A stretch of DNA of 64,000 bases from Blasia pusilla. Taxonomy: Eukaryota. The translations under genes and the position numbers were made by a program. The DNA lies in contig CM114271.1 of the NCBI GenBank assembly GCA_050084515.1, positions 31,806,001-31,870,000 of the forward strand. Direction: 5' to 3'. Shown here piece after piece: positions 14,208 to 26,118 of the stretch (the stretch's first letter is position 1; the number at the start of each line of letters is the position of its first letter). The notes beneath the pieces were generated by a model. It worked only from the letters and a program-made list of their open reading frames with translations, did no database searches and was not told the origin of the DNA.

Positions 14208-14352
14208 CTAAGTACATCGAGGACAAACCCACCTTCCAGTAGGAACAACATCCATACATGGAATTAAACACATCATGTGCCAACCCCTAGAACACCGATC
14301 ACACACCAACATACGGGCTGCATTACCAACAAACCCACATAACATACACCTC
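14208..14352 (-). pseudogene. PHD finger at the integrase C-terminus
   Basis: CMLC...MLVCDRCSRGWHMMCL...VPTGRWVCPRC fits C4HC3, with the conserved Trp before the last Cys pair. Confidence 0.9.
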
Positions 14353-14631
14353 AAGCTAGCACGTATCATCGCTAAGCTTGGGTCAACAGTACCATCCACA
14401 TTTGGAAGATGACATGGCGCACAATTACGCACATGGTCCTTCCAAACAACTCCATCACGACCCCCGAAAAAATCCGAGCTGGGGACCGGTTTAGCATGTC
14501 TGTGGAAAAGTCCAACAAACATTTTAAAAATATGCAAAACTCTTCCTTACTGAAAAAATCAACCCTTTCTCTCTTGCCATTCCCTTTTGAAAATTATTCC
14601 TTATTTCTCCTCCCCTATTTAAAATTAAACA

Positions 14632-16084
14632 TCCAACATGAGAACTCCAGAAGCTAACACCTCGCGCACTCGTAAAATAGTGCGGCCTGCCGTCATATCC
14701 AACGTTGTCGGTGCAATCTGCTGCAAATAGACATAGTCCCCCACATGGAACCTACGAATCGATGGTCGATAACCTCCACCCCGAATGGTTGCATACCGCA
14801 ACGTATCCCTATGTTGAGCAATGGCAAGATTCTCAAAGGCTGTTGGCATAACTCTCCGAAAGAGCTCCGCCCGCTAAGAACACACCCTCATCCAGATCTC
14901 TGGGTCATCAAGGTTCACCACCTCACTAGACTCCCGACAATTGTTGGCAAAAGTCGGATCTCGGCCGTATAATGTAAAAATAAGGTGAGAAGGAATCCAA
15001 GGATGCTTGGCAACTAAACCTATACCCCATGGCTAACCATGGCAGCTGAATATCCCAGTCTCCAAGATGCCCCTTATGTAGGCCATACTTGCGCAATGCC
15101 CTCTTCACCGTCTGAACCACACGCTCAGCCAAACCATCCGCCTCTGGATGATCTCAAGACGTGGTCCGATGATCAATCAACGCCTTGTCACACAAGACCA
15201 AGCTCACCCAAACTCAGACTGGTCGGTCAACACTTTAGCTGGTGCACCAAAATGACTAAGCACTCTATCAAGAAACGCATACGCCGTTCTCTCACTTGCC
15301 TTGTCCGGTAATGTCACCAATTCAATCCACTTGGAGAAGTGCTCCACCATCACCAACACATATCGATGATGTCGTACAGTCAACGGTAACGGTCCCGCAA
15401 AGTCCACACTCCAACGGTAACCCAACCCCATAATAGGCAAGGGGTGTAATTGTGGTGTAGGAGCATTGAATGATGCCCTCACCCGGTCACAAACCATACA
15501 ACGTGACACCAATCGCTGCACTGAGTATGCATGCCACGCCACCAATATCGCCAAGGAGTAAGCTATACGTACGCTTTACCCCAAAATGTCCCAACTCCTC
15601 ATGGGCATGTCGCACAATGCGCTCTCTCTGAGCCAGATGTGGCACTACTCGTACTCTACCATCCTCCCACACATGGAGAATATGTGTTCCCTCCAATCGA
15701 TACCTCTTAGCACGTTGAAGAACACGGTCTCGCTCCTTGGCACTCACTATGCCTGGCACCCTACTGGTCCGTAGGAACTCCAACACCAACGCATCATCAT
15801 GAATATCACGTTGATCCGTACCACCATCTCCAACCTTAGGATCTGAAGGTTGGCCATCTACCCTCTGACTAGAGTAAGATATCATGTGGTTCTCCATACT
15901 AGAGTCCACCCCTAACCAACATAAAAAGGCGGATGCATGCCAACCTGGCACCATCTCCTCATCAACCTCGCCATGCCATCTAGCCCCAGTTGTATCCTCT
16001 TGGCTAGTACATGGGTTCCTACTCAACCCATCAGCATCAAGGTTGGCAACTCCAGGTCTATGTACCACCTGGATGTCATACTCT
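14632..16084 (-). pseudogene. RNase H C-terminal end and DDE integrase of the inner element (frameshifted)
   Basis: EYDIQVVHRPGVANLDADGLSR; HEELGHFG...CMVCDR zinc-binding region; WSVDFAGP, LTDQ..EF, ERVVQTVKRAL; FHVGDYVYL. Confidence 0.9.
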
Positions 16085-16545
16085 CCATCATTTGGGTCCG
16101 AGTGTCACCCAACAATGGAACATTCTCCAGAATGTAAGCTAGAGCACGTGCCTGATGAACCTGGAGATGTCGTAACACCCATAACATCTCCCAAAACAAT
16201 CGAGACCTAGGGTCGTGTAATCCCTCACCACGACCAGCACGTGTATGACCCTGACATGGCCATCCAACAATCACCAAATCCATAGGACCAACCCTCTCAA
16301 GGTCCTGCGCCCCCAACAATGCAATGTGTGACGGCAAAGCACGCTGGTACCCACGAATAGCTGATGGCGGCAACAACTCAGGATATCTCCGCATCAATTG
16401 ACCAATATGTCGGGATGAGACTCTCTAGGCTGTCTCATCTTGCTCCACATACACGTATCTCCGCACAGGAATACCGGCCTGCAACACTGCAGCCAAACCA
16501 GTGCTAATCCCACCAAAGATCTAGAGATCTAACACACAAATGCCC
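16085..16545 (-). pseudogene. C5 cytosine DNA methyltransferase domain (motifs I-VI), C-terminally deleted
   Basis: In frame with the protease-region ORF. Motif I: ICVLDL[*I]FGGISTG, where a 6-bp TAGATC duplication creates the stop. Motif II: YVYVEQD. Motif IV: DLVIVGWPCQG, with the catalytic PC. Motif V: LHDPRSRLFWE. Motif VI: YILENV. Confidence 0.88.
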
Positions 16546-16899
16546 TCCGGCAGATACTTCCATAAAATGGGTGTAATATCCAAAGGGGATAACCCAACTG
16601 GACCAGAAGTAGGAGTCCGCCGTGGGGCCTCCTCTTCATCGTGAGGTATAACAGCCTCACACCAAGCCTCCTGCACTAGGCAATGAGCCTCTTGCCGTAG
16701 TGCACCGCCTGAACTCCAAAGTGGCACATCCAACGATGAGGATGCCATTGCTGCAAAAATAAGGACCTCTTCTACCTCTTCATGGGCAGGAGAATCCATA
16801 GCAGAAACATTACCCTCCAAAAAGTCTCCTCGCCAAGTGACTACTCCACTAAAACCAGCCACAGATGCTAACACTGTTGGGGAAGACCCTCCTGGTCGA

Positions 16900-19250
16900 G
16901 CCCCATAAATAAATCTCACAAGAACTTGGCTCATACGTCCATCCCCGGATTGCCAACCAGGTCTATAAGACGTTGTCTCAGTCCAGTAATCCATCTGAAA
17001 ACCCATCGGGTACAATACTGCTCCTCCAACTAGTACATCATACAACTCGGCTGATGTGACTACCGCAGGTCCTCCCTACCGGGAGCTATCAGTCGCATAA
17101 TCTGGTCTCAACTGTACGGAAAGCTTCTCCCGTGTCATGAATTGAGACCTATCATTGGCTCCTCCAAGTGATGTTTGAATCTGGAATGGGCAAGGCTCAA
17201 GCTCTGACCTCCGAATACCCAAACCAACATCTTATATCCCAACATCCCTCTTCGCTGCTGCTGCCTGCCAAGTAGCACTGGTACTCAATGCTATCCCTGA
17301 CATAGAGGGTCGCTCCACCGCAACACCCTCATTCACCTCAGCACGTGTAGCAGTAACATCCCCACGTTCACACATCGTGGCTGCTAGTTGAAATACAGGA
17401 GCTAAGTCAACTCCTAAAGCCATCAGCTCCGTGGCCGAAAACAATGGGGATCCCAACACTGAAGTTGCCATCTGCAATATTGCACTGGATGGTGCATCCG
17501 TGTCTACTACACGCGATGTAGATGCCTCAGTCCCCATTGTCGGCTCAATAGGTTGCGTAGGAACCATGGATGAATTCCTAAGCACCTCAGACAACAAGAA
17601 TGACTAGGGAAGCCTAGCCTACCTCCCAGCCTCACCCTCTATGGGTCCAACTCCACAGTACCACCACGTGGCTCTGACGCTCGAGTGGCTCCTCTCGTAA
17701 CTACAGCTGATGCCTCAACCTGTACTGCACTCGCCATATAAGAGAGATCATCCCCTCCATTAGAGATGGAAGCCCCTACTCCCAAACCTGATCTATGCTG
17801 GATACAAACCATAGTAGCCAACTTTTGCTCCAACTGCTCAATCCTGGTAGCCATAGCTGACTCTGTCGTAGTGGTAGGGGTAGCCACCGTAGGCTCTCCA
17901 ACCTCTAGAGGTAGAGGTCCACCTCTACCACACCTACCACCTCTACCACCTCGGCCTCTTGGAGCTACTCCATCACGGCCGCGGCCTGATCTCAACTCTG
18001 GATGAAGATCAAAGCAACGCCCTAGAGGATGACCTGGTCTCCCGCAATGATCACACTGAGTTGGGGCCGACTGAGGCCCATCCTCCAAAGTCCGTCTCCC
18101 ATCCTCTTGGGGACAAAACTTCCTAACATGATCACCTCCACATGTCCAACATGACTGTCCTTGCTGCGGGGCAGCAAATGAAGGCAATGGTCTCTGCGCA
18201 GGTTTCCCTCTAGGACCTGACTAAGGTCGTGTGTATCCCCCACAACTCCCACTACTACTACCACCACCACTACTACGAGACTGTGAGGTGGGTTGCTGAA
18301 TACGAGAAGTAGTAGTTGTATCCCTACTGAATGCGGATGTCACCACTCTCTCCTTCACCATGTTAAGCTCAATCTTCTCAGATAGAGCAAACACATGGGT
18401 CAATGTGGGTGAATCATCACTCATAAGAGTACCATTACGTACCCTACGACGCAACTCTCTGTCCAAGATCCCATACCAAAACTGGACTGCCTGAGCCTCA
18501 GTCACACCCTGGGTAACTGAAATCAAGCGTCACATACGAGTGTATGCCTCACGAAGACTCTCACTAGTCTTTCGCTCAAATTCCTGAAGACTCCTCAACT
18601 TCTCTGTCTTCACTCCTTGATAGTTCTTCTTCAACCTCTTGAAGAACTCTGCAACCGGGTTGAATGATGGTGGGGCACTAGTACCTCCACTAGTACCTCC
18701 ATGGGTACCTCCACTAGTACCCCCACTCCAGCTTGTACTCGTACCACTCAACGTCAGACTGACTGGCATAGTAGGAGCACTACTACCAATACCACCATGG
18801 GTGATAGACATATAGCCTGGAGACCAATATTGTCTCCACGCCTCAATCTCAGCAACATGGTCCTTCCTAAACTCATGGTAATCATCCATGGGTGGTCCCT
18901 CCAAGTGCTGAAACAACCCCTTCCAAGCCAAGAAGGGTGTAAACAACGTGGCGTTCCGCAACATCTGCATATCAAACCACGTATCAAAGTCCTAAATGAA
19001 GTCCTCCAACTCAATGATGCTCACTGCACCCGAGTATCGTCATGGGCCCTTCATGGCCCCATATATCCCATCCATGTCCCAAATCAATGGAGCTGCAACA
19101 CTCGATAACAACGTAGAAGACTCGGTGTCTGGAACACCCTCGTCCTCCTCTTCATCAACCGTCGGAAGTGGAAAAGGTAACCGATACCTCAATCCACTCC
19201 GTGTGAAACCACTATTGTCTGCACCACGGTCCCCAACAAGACAGCTCCGT
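16900..19250 (-). pseudogene. gag and aspartic-protease remnant of the inner element
   Basis: Capsid-like region (QHLEGPPMDDYHEF, ESLREAYTRM), knuckles CWTCGGDHVRKFC and CDHCGRPGHPLGRC, RGG-rich tract, and protease C-terminal YDVLVG. No catalytic DSG/DTG is visible. Confidence 0.8.
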
Positions 19251-20743
19251 CATGACCAACGCCGATGCCGAACCACCACTAAATTACCACCACTAAGTAA
19301 CCAAGTGACGTCGATGTCGCTGTACTATTCTAGCTCTACTAGCTATGGGTGTAGGCAACCTAACCTATCAGCACCACAAGAAGCCTCCCAAGGTTTACTC
19401 GTCATCACTCTAGCCTCACTACCGATAGTACACAAGAGTAACACTACTCTGGAAATCAACGTCAACCCTAACAATGGGCGCACAAGCAAGAAGCAACGAC
19501 AGAGGGGATCCAAACACATGAAGTCCAACGACAATCCTCCAATCGCAAATGGAAATCAAGGTAATACAATCCACCAAACGTGGCGCCCCCTGAATCCAAA
19601 GAACCCATCACACAATTCTAACGCAATAGCTACTCCATAGCGGGTCGATGATGTGCTAGTCGGACTCGCAGCATCTGAAAATATCATCTGCATGGAGAGG
19701 CTACACCATACTATGTGCTAGAGGTCCATCAACCAAAAAACTTGAGATGCATAAAGCGCCTAAAACATCTCCGAACAACACCAAATGAGATACACCAGTG
19801 TGTACACTCGCATAGTTAAGAACTCAGCAGTTAAGCGTCTTCCAGGTAGAATAGCCCAAAGATGGATGACCAGTTATGCAACACTCAAATCACAAATCTT
19901 GCAAAAACTGCCTCACGCCCAAGCTAGGAAGCTTGCTTGCTTGCTCCTTGCTCCTTGCTCCTTACTCCGCCTCTCATGCCCACTCGCCCCGAGCTACCAC
20001 GAGTTGCCTCAAAGCCTCGCTATGGAGAGAGGCCCAACCAAGGTGCCCCAAACGGAATAGGCGTCTCCAACAACGAACGAGTCACCAACCAACCAGCCCC
20101 TCCGATTCGCTGTCCACCATAGCTATTCTGCTAGTTCTATTCATAGACCTTGAGCTAGTCCGCAAAATTTTGATCAGTTATTACTCCACAAATCCTCAAC
20201 CAAAATTGAATCTGTTTCAACCAGAATTCAATTGACCACCATAGCTATCTCTCCACAAAAAATCAACTACAACCAAGCTCTGTACTCTGAGCTAAAAATC
20301 AGACAAACTTGTTGTCCATACACCTCTAGAATCGCAAATCCGACAGCGCTTCGGCCCAAATTCATGCACGTAGAAATCCGCAACACTCTCCACACTCAAG
20401 CAGATAGCTTCACATGAGATCACAATACAAGTAGCAACAGGAACCTCTCACCCGATCTAGATGAACTTCAACACAGCTTCCGCACTCCAAGCTCTCCACA
20501 TCGGAAAACCGTCGAACACGAACCAGCATCTTCAATCCTTGATAACTTCCAACTCCCTTGACGAAATCCGGCGATCTAAAGCGCATTGGAAAGCTCTCAG
20601 CAAGGCGCTTCTTTCCCAATCAACCACGTACCAGATTCCCACCTCCAACATAGGCCACAAGCCATGAACATCCACGGCTGAGTACACAATCAGCCATAAC
20701 CAGATCCTACTGATCCACAATCGAAGCTACCGTCCATCTACTC

Positions 20744-20754
20744 TAGTTCTTTGA
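20744..20754 (-). promoter_or_regulatory. Putative self-priming PBS
   Basis: Sense TCAAAGAACTA lies 8 nt after the 5' repeat and is perfectly complementary to TAGTTCTTTGA (20930-20920) inside that repeat. No TGG tRNA-type PBS is present. Confidence 0.6.
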
Positions 20755-20762
20755 CTAAAATC

Positions 20763-21112
20763 CGTGAAAGACCTACTATCATAAAACACGTATAGAATCA
20801 CATACAATCGAGCCAAACCCACTCCACGATGGGAGAATCCAGGCCGAAGCTTGCGGGAACTACCTTAGCCAAGAGCTCTACTCACTACCAAGGCTAACTC
20901 CCAACGCAAGAGGCTCAACTCAAAGAACTAACTTTTCTTTGAGTGCACTCCATACTATATCCTCCAACCTAAGAGGGGGCCCTACTGGAAAAGTCACCCT
21001 CAACTGAGTAACCCCCAACCCTATGTATGAAACCGCATCTCTACCTAGACGCATAAGGTATGGACTCTACTAGCACACTATATTCTACAACATAATCCGT
21101 ATGGTCATGACA
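20763..21112 (-). repeat. 5' repeat B (LTR lacking its first 104 bp)
   Basis: 350 bp; aligns to 13576-13936 with one 11-bp indel and scattered substitutions. Confidence 0.9.
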
Positions 21113-21840
21113 CCAATCACATCTCGATGACTCGGGCATGGGTTATGGTTCAAACCATTTGCATCTTGGTGGAGCGTCATAGGTCTATGGACCACCTAGA
21201 AATCATACTCTTGCAGTAATAGAGCCCGCCTCACAAGCTTCCCTATAAGCTTGTCAGACTCCATTAACCACTTAAGTGGTTGATGATCAATGATGATGGT
21301 TAAGGGATTGCTGAATAAATAACACCTAAAATGTGCAACAACCCACACTGCAGCCTAGCACTCTCCCTCATACAAGCTATACTTTATCTCCGTAGCGTTG
21401 TTTGAGCGATTAGCGTAAGCCACCATAAACTCTCTATCCTCATCGTCATGCTGGGTGAGCACCGCTCCAAGCCCCAACATGCTCCAATCAGTATACAACT
21501 GGAAAGGACGCCCCCTGATCGGTCTCCTTACTATAAGCACAAATCTCAATTTTTCCTTGAGCAGCTCGAACATGCTCTCTTGCTCATCCTCCCAGTGCCA
21601 CTCATGATCAACCTTGGTAAGCAAGGTTAGTAACTTTGCAATCAAAATGAAATCCTTGACGTACTGTCAATACAAGTTTTCCAATCCCATAAATGCAAAA
21701 ACTCGACTCATATCTAAAAGGTGTGGAATGAGTGGGATAGCCTCTATCTTTGTGTGCTGAACACCAAGGCCACCTGGGTATATTGTATGACCCAAGTACT
21801 CAATCTGGTCGTAGAAGAATTTGCACTTGCCAAGATGGTA
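21113..21840 (-). mobile_element. Older Ty3/gypsy host element, RT thumb and RNase H part
   Basis: KCKFFYDQIEYLGH, FQLYTDWSMLGLGAVLTQ, VAYANRS, YEGEC, DHQPLKWL, LQEYDF. Continuous with 12543-13462 across the TSD. Confidence 0.88.
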
Positions 21841-24800
21841 TACAGGGGGAAGAGGGTAGCTCTTCCTAGAATTTCCGAGCAAAGTTGGCCTGCTGCACAT
21901 TGCGCTGATTGGATTAGGCATGTTGGTTGCCATCTTTCCCTCTCAAGACTTGGCCTACGTTGAGGACCCCTTTTTCGTCTTTGTCAACGACTATCCTTAC
22001 CGCTGTTCTTGTTGTTCGCTTGATTTCCGCGAAGCCGTCGTCCTGTTTCATCCGTTGTATTTCCACAGATCCCTCGTGCTGCCGCCGACGTAGTCCCTAT
22101 CGTAGCTTTCCAGAATCCTCGGCGCTTGACTTGCTGCCGACACTCTTTTCTCGTCGTTACGGGCCGTTGTTCCGCAGATCTTTGCCTTTGGCCCTAGGAA
22201 CCGTTAGTTTCCATCCTCTATCGTCTGATCTCGTTGCTAAGGTGACGGTTATGATTAACGGTTGCCTACTGGAGAATTTATAGCTTTGCCACGCATTCGG
22301 GCAACGATGGTAGATGACATGTTGATTGATGGTGTCAGAGTGTTTGTCCCGCTTTGCTATGTTTTGTGAGTGGTAGCCGCTCAATGATCAAGTACTGTGC
22401 CGTGACGCCTGTAGCCGTAATGTGCCACTAGGGGAGTATATATGACTTGCTGATTGTAGGAGTTTTGTCTTCGCGACCAAGTTGGGGTTGAGGTTTGCAG
22501 TTGTTAAGATATGACATTGAAATTTTTTCATGTTATCCATTTCGGGCTTTTACCCTACTCGTGTGGGAGAATTTTCGAGTATTTGGCAGTTATTTGGGGA
22601 TATTGGGTTTCGTGCAGATGTTGAGAGCATTATTGATGTATGGGGTTAGGGAACATAGACATGTGTGGGATGTCTAGAGTTGTGGGTATGTCCTATTGAT
22701 GAGACGATAGGAGAGGAGGCTATTTGCAGCACCACGTCGCTAATTGTTGCATAATACATGTTTCAATGAGAGGGAGTGTAGATTGAGTATCATCATATGT
22801 TTGAGTTGAGTGATTGAGAGATTACTCATGAGATTGAGAGTGGTCATGCAAGAGGAACACGAGGGGCATCATGGCATCCTTTCGGGACTTTGAGAGGCAG
22901 GGTGGTGGACCTAAGAGTAGCTCTAGAGGTTTTACGGGGAGTGGCACGAGGTTTTGAGGGTCTCCACGTGAGGGACCGCCTTGATCACCTTATATGTTGT
23001 CCTCAGACAAGGCGGAGGGCGTAGAGGACTTTTTTAGTGATTCACCACACCCGTTGAGTGGCCCTATTTCTTGGGCGTATGAGATGGACCACCGGGATAG
23101 AGGACCGCCTAGGTTTCCGGGAGTGGTAGGCACGATAGGGTTGCATGACTTCATTGGGGAGTTAAGGAGTTGGTGTGATTCACAACCGGCTAGGATTTCT
23201 AGAGAATCCAACCCATTCACAATATGGAACGGCATTCTCCAACATTCTAAGGGAGCATCCATGGACAATTACCATGAGTTTTCCTGGAAGTATACGCATG
23301 AGATTAAGGCTTGGAGACTCTACTATGACCCACATTATGTGTCATGGACTGAGCTATTTCCAAATGAGGAGGAGGAGCTAGAAGAGGCTACTTCCTCTGC
23401 CACTAGTGATGTGCTAGGAGAGGTGACTCGGACTAGAGCACTTGCATCGTCTAGTCGGGTTTATCTTAGGTTCAACCCCGTGGTTGAGTTCTTTGCGGAG
23501 TTACAAAGGAACTACAAGGGGTACAAACTGAGAAGTTGCGGAGCACCCACGACTTCCATAGGCGCACGAATGAGAGTTTGCGTGAGGCATTCACTTGCTT
23601 GCATTGATTGATTAGCGTCACTTTGGGAGGCGATAGAGGCCTAGGCTATCAAGGCATGGTACGCAATGCTGGAACGAGACGTGTGGAAATAAGTGAGGGA
23701 TGCGGTACTTCTTATGCGCACCTCACCTACATTGAGAGATGTTTTTGAGATGGAAGAGTGTATTGAGCGCAATATGGCTGAGGAGAGCGTAGCAGCCATG
23801 GGATCACGTGTGAGAGCCTAATTTCCTACACTATCAGATTTTGGGAGAGGACTTTGGCGCCACGAGCTCAAGGAGGATATCCAGAGTTTGTGCTAGAGAG
23901 ACCTACGCCATCATATGCGTCACAATAGCAACACCCACGGATTATTTGTTGGGCATATGGTGGAGCCCATCACGAGCGGGATCATCACGATAGTGGACGC
24001 GTGCCTCAACCTGGAGGAGGAGATGGGTTCGCACCAAAAGTTTACTTGTGTGACCATTGTCGGAGGTATGATCATACACGCGCTAGGTGTTTTATATTGA
24101 AGATTGAGTTATAGTCAATCTCATGAGATACCTCAACTGCTATATTTGGTACTCACACGAAGTAGGGAAGCTTAATCTTGGTTAGTCAGTTAAGCGCGAT
24201 TATCTTAACTAGGGTTAATTAAACACAATTAGTATAACTCGAGACTATGGTTAAGATTAGGGTTAGGGTTGCTTGTACATACCTTATATAATTGAGAAGG
24301 GGACTAGCCTCCACTCATTCTCTCATTGCAAATTTTGTTCTCCATGGTGGTGTGTGTGTGTGAGAGTTGTTTCCAACCATTTATGCTTCTTTAGCAGTTT
24401 TCCACATGGTATCAGAGCAATAGAAGAATATCACTTGAAATTCCTGGTGTTTGAGGAGAGAAGAGAGGCAAGAGAAGGCACAACTTCAATTTGGGAGAAG
24501 GAAATTTTGTTCAAAGTTCAGTGGATGCAAATTTCAGATGGAGCTTTGACCGTGATAAAACTTTGGAGACGTTTTTTAGGGCTTTCCCGGTCGATTTAGC
24601 CATCTAGGTCTGCAGTGGCTAAAACCATTCCAAAGGCTAGTTCTATATGTCTTGTAGAGCTTTTTGAGAGCTTTCCAATGCATCCAAAATCGCTCGATTT
24701 TGACATTATGAGCTCCTGCACTAGCAATTTCAGTGTAGGAAAGTGCAATTAGTGAAGAAAAGTTTTGCAATTTACTCTCTACAGGCCAATTACGACTAGT

Positions 24801-25863
24801 TCTTTCATACATTTGATCAATTTTGGAAAATTTTAGGTTGATTTCTCTGTTGGAATGATCTATGCTCAATTAGAGTAGTAGAGAGCATGAAATTACGTCT
24901 TTGTGAGTGAAATCGTATGTCATGGAGTATTCCTTAACAACATTCATAAGCGAGAAGCTAGATAAGCAGAATTATAATGTCTGGAAGTTTCGCATGAAAC
25001 AATTTTTCATAGGTCAAGAATTATGGGAGCTTGTTATAATTGATGAGGCCAAGCCAAAAGGTGACTCAACAGACTTGAATGTTCGCACGTGGAACAAACG
25101 CACAAGGCAAGTAATCCACTACATTTCAATAACGATCAGTTCGCCAATGATAGGTCACATTCAAGATGTTAATACTCCGAAGAAGGCCTGGGATGCATTG
25201 GAAAATTTGTTCTTGACATCAACAAAGGCCAAAAAGCTTCAATTGAAACAACAATTGAACGAAGTGAAGAAAAGATCGCAGAGCATCAATGATTATATTT
25301 TGAGTATCAGACATATTGTTGATCAGTTTAATAGCATTGGAGTGACAGTAGAAGATGATGATCTCATTTTGTTCACTCTTCAAGGCCTTCCAAAGGATTA
25401 CAAGTCCTTTGAGACCTCTATCTCTGTGAGAGAGAAGTATCCAACCTTTCAAGAGTTAGTCCCACTGTTAATAAGTGAAGAGATGCGCCTAGTAGGCAAC
25501 GGTAGCTCGTCTAGTCTCCAAGAGAGTGCGCTATTTGCAGGTTATGGATCAAACAAAGGCAGAGGTCGTGGCAAGAGGTTCTACGGTCGTGGTGGATATC
25601 AAGCATATGGAGAAGAGGCACTCAATATAGCGTCACTCAATCAACAACGAACCAATACCATACAGAATCACAAGGTGGTGATGGTGGAAATCGTTGGGGT
25701 CGAGGTCAACAGCAAAGGATCTCTGGATCTTGCAATTACTGTGGGATAAAGGGTCACTATGCAAAGTTTTTCTTCAAGAAGAAGGCAGATATGAGAACAA
25801 GAGCCTTACAGAAAAAAACTATGTGGAGCAACAACACCATATCACGCATATCGAAAAAAATAA

Positions 25864-26118
25864 CCCTGTTCTACTATCTTTCCTACAGAGATCAGGTTTC
25901 TTGCAATGGTAGGAACATAGAGAATATTTCCAACAGCAAAAAGACCATCCGATGCTATTGGAACTTTACCGGTATGCGTGATATGACACTCAACATCATA
26001 TCACGCATACCGGTAAAGTTTAAATAGCATCGGATGGTCTTTATGCTGTTGGAAATGTTCTCTATGTTCCTACCATTCCAAGAAACCTGATCTCTGTAGG
26101 ACACATAGTAGAACAAGG
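25864..26118. repeat. Long inverted repeat: arms 25864-25986 and 25996-26118, 9-nt loop
   Basis: The left arm is the reverse complement of the right arm with few mismatches. Absent from copia copy 2. Confidence 0.92.

Larger units (their letters stand above)
13463..21112 (-). mobile_element. Ty3/gypsy-type retrotransposon with DNMT and PHD domains and split/permuted LTRs; RT deleted
   Basis: Domain order gag (two zinc knuckles), protease remnant, C5-MTase, RNase H tail, DDE integrase, PHD. Termini on + are TGTCGTG...CATGACA. CCAA is duplicated at 13459-13462 and 21113-21116. Removing the element restores the host frame (RDVIGAR). Confidence 0.9.

Noticed and set aside
16085-16545. Host DRM/CMT/MET1 gene or bacterial contamination
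   Set aside because: Intronless, in frame with the retroelement polyprotein, motif I precedes IV (not DRM-permuted), and the flanks are eukaryotic.
18996-19640. 214-aa antisense ORF as an extra element gene
   Set aside because: No recognisable motif; partly the shadow of gag on the opposite strand.
13463-21112. DIRS/Ngaro tyrosine-recombinase element, suggested by the split repeats
   Set aside because: No YR motifs are seen; the element has a DDE integrase, PPT, TG/CA ends and a TSD.
24256-24270. TTAGGG repeats as a telomeric remnant (also near 34032)
   Set aside because: Only about two units, and they are an internal part of the copia LTR.
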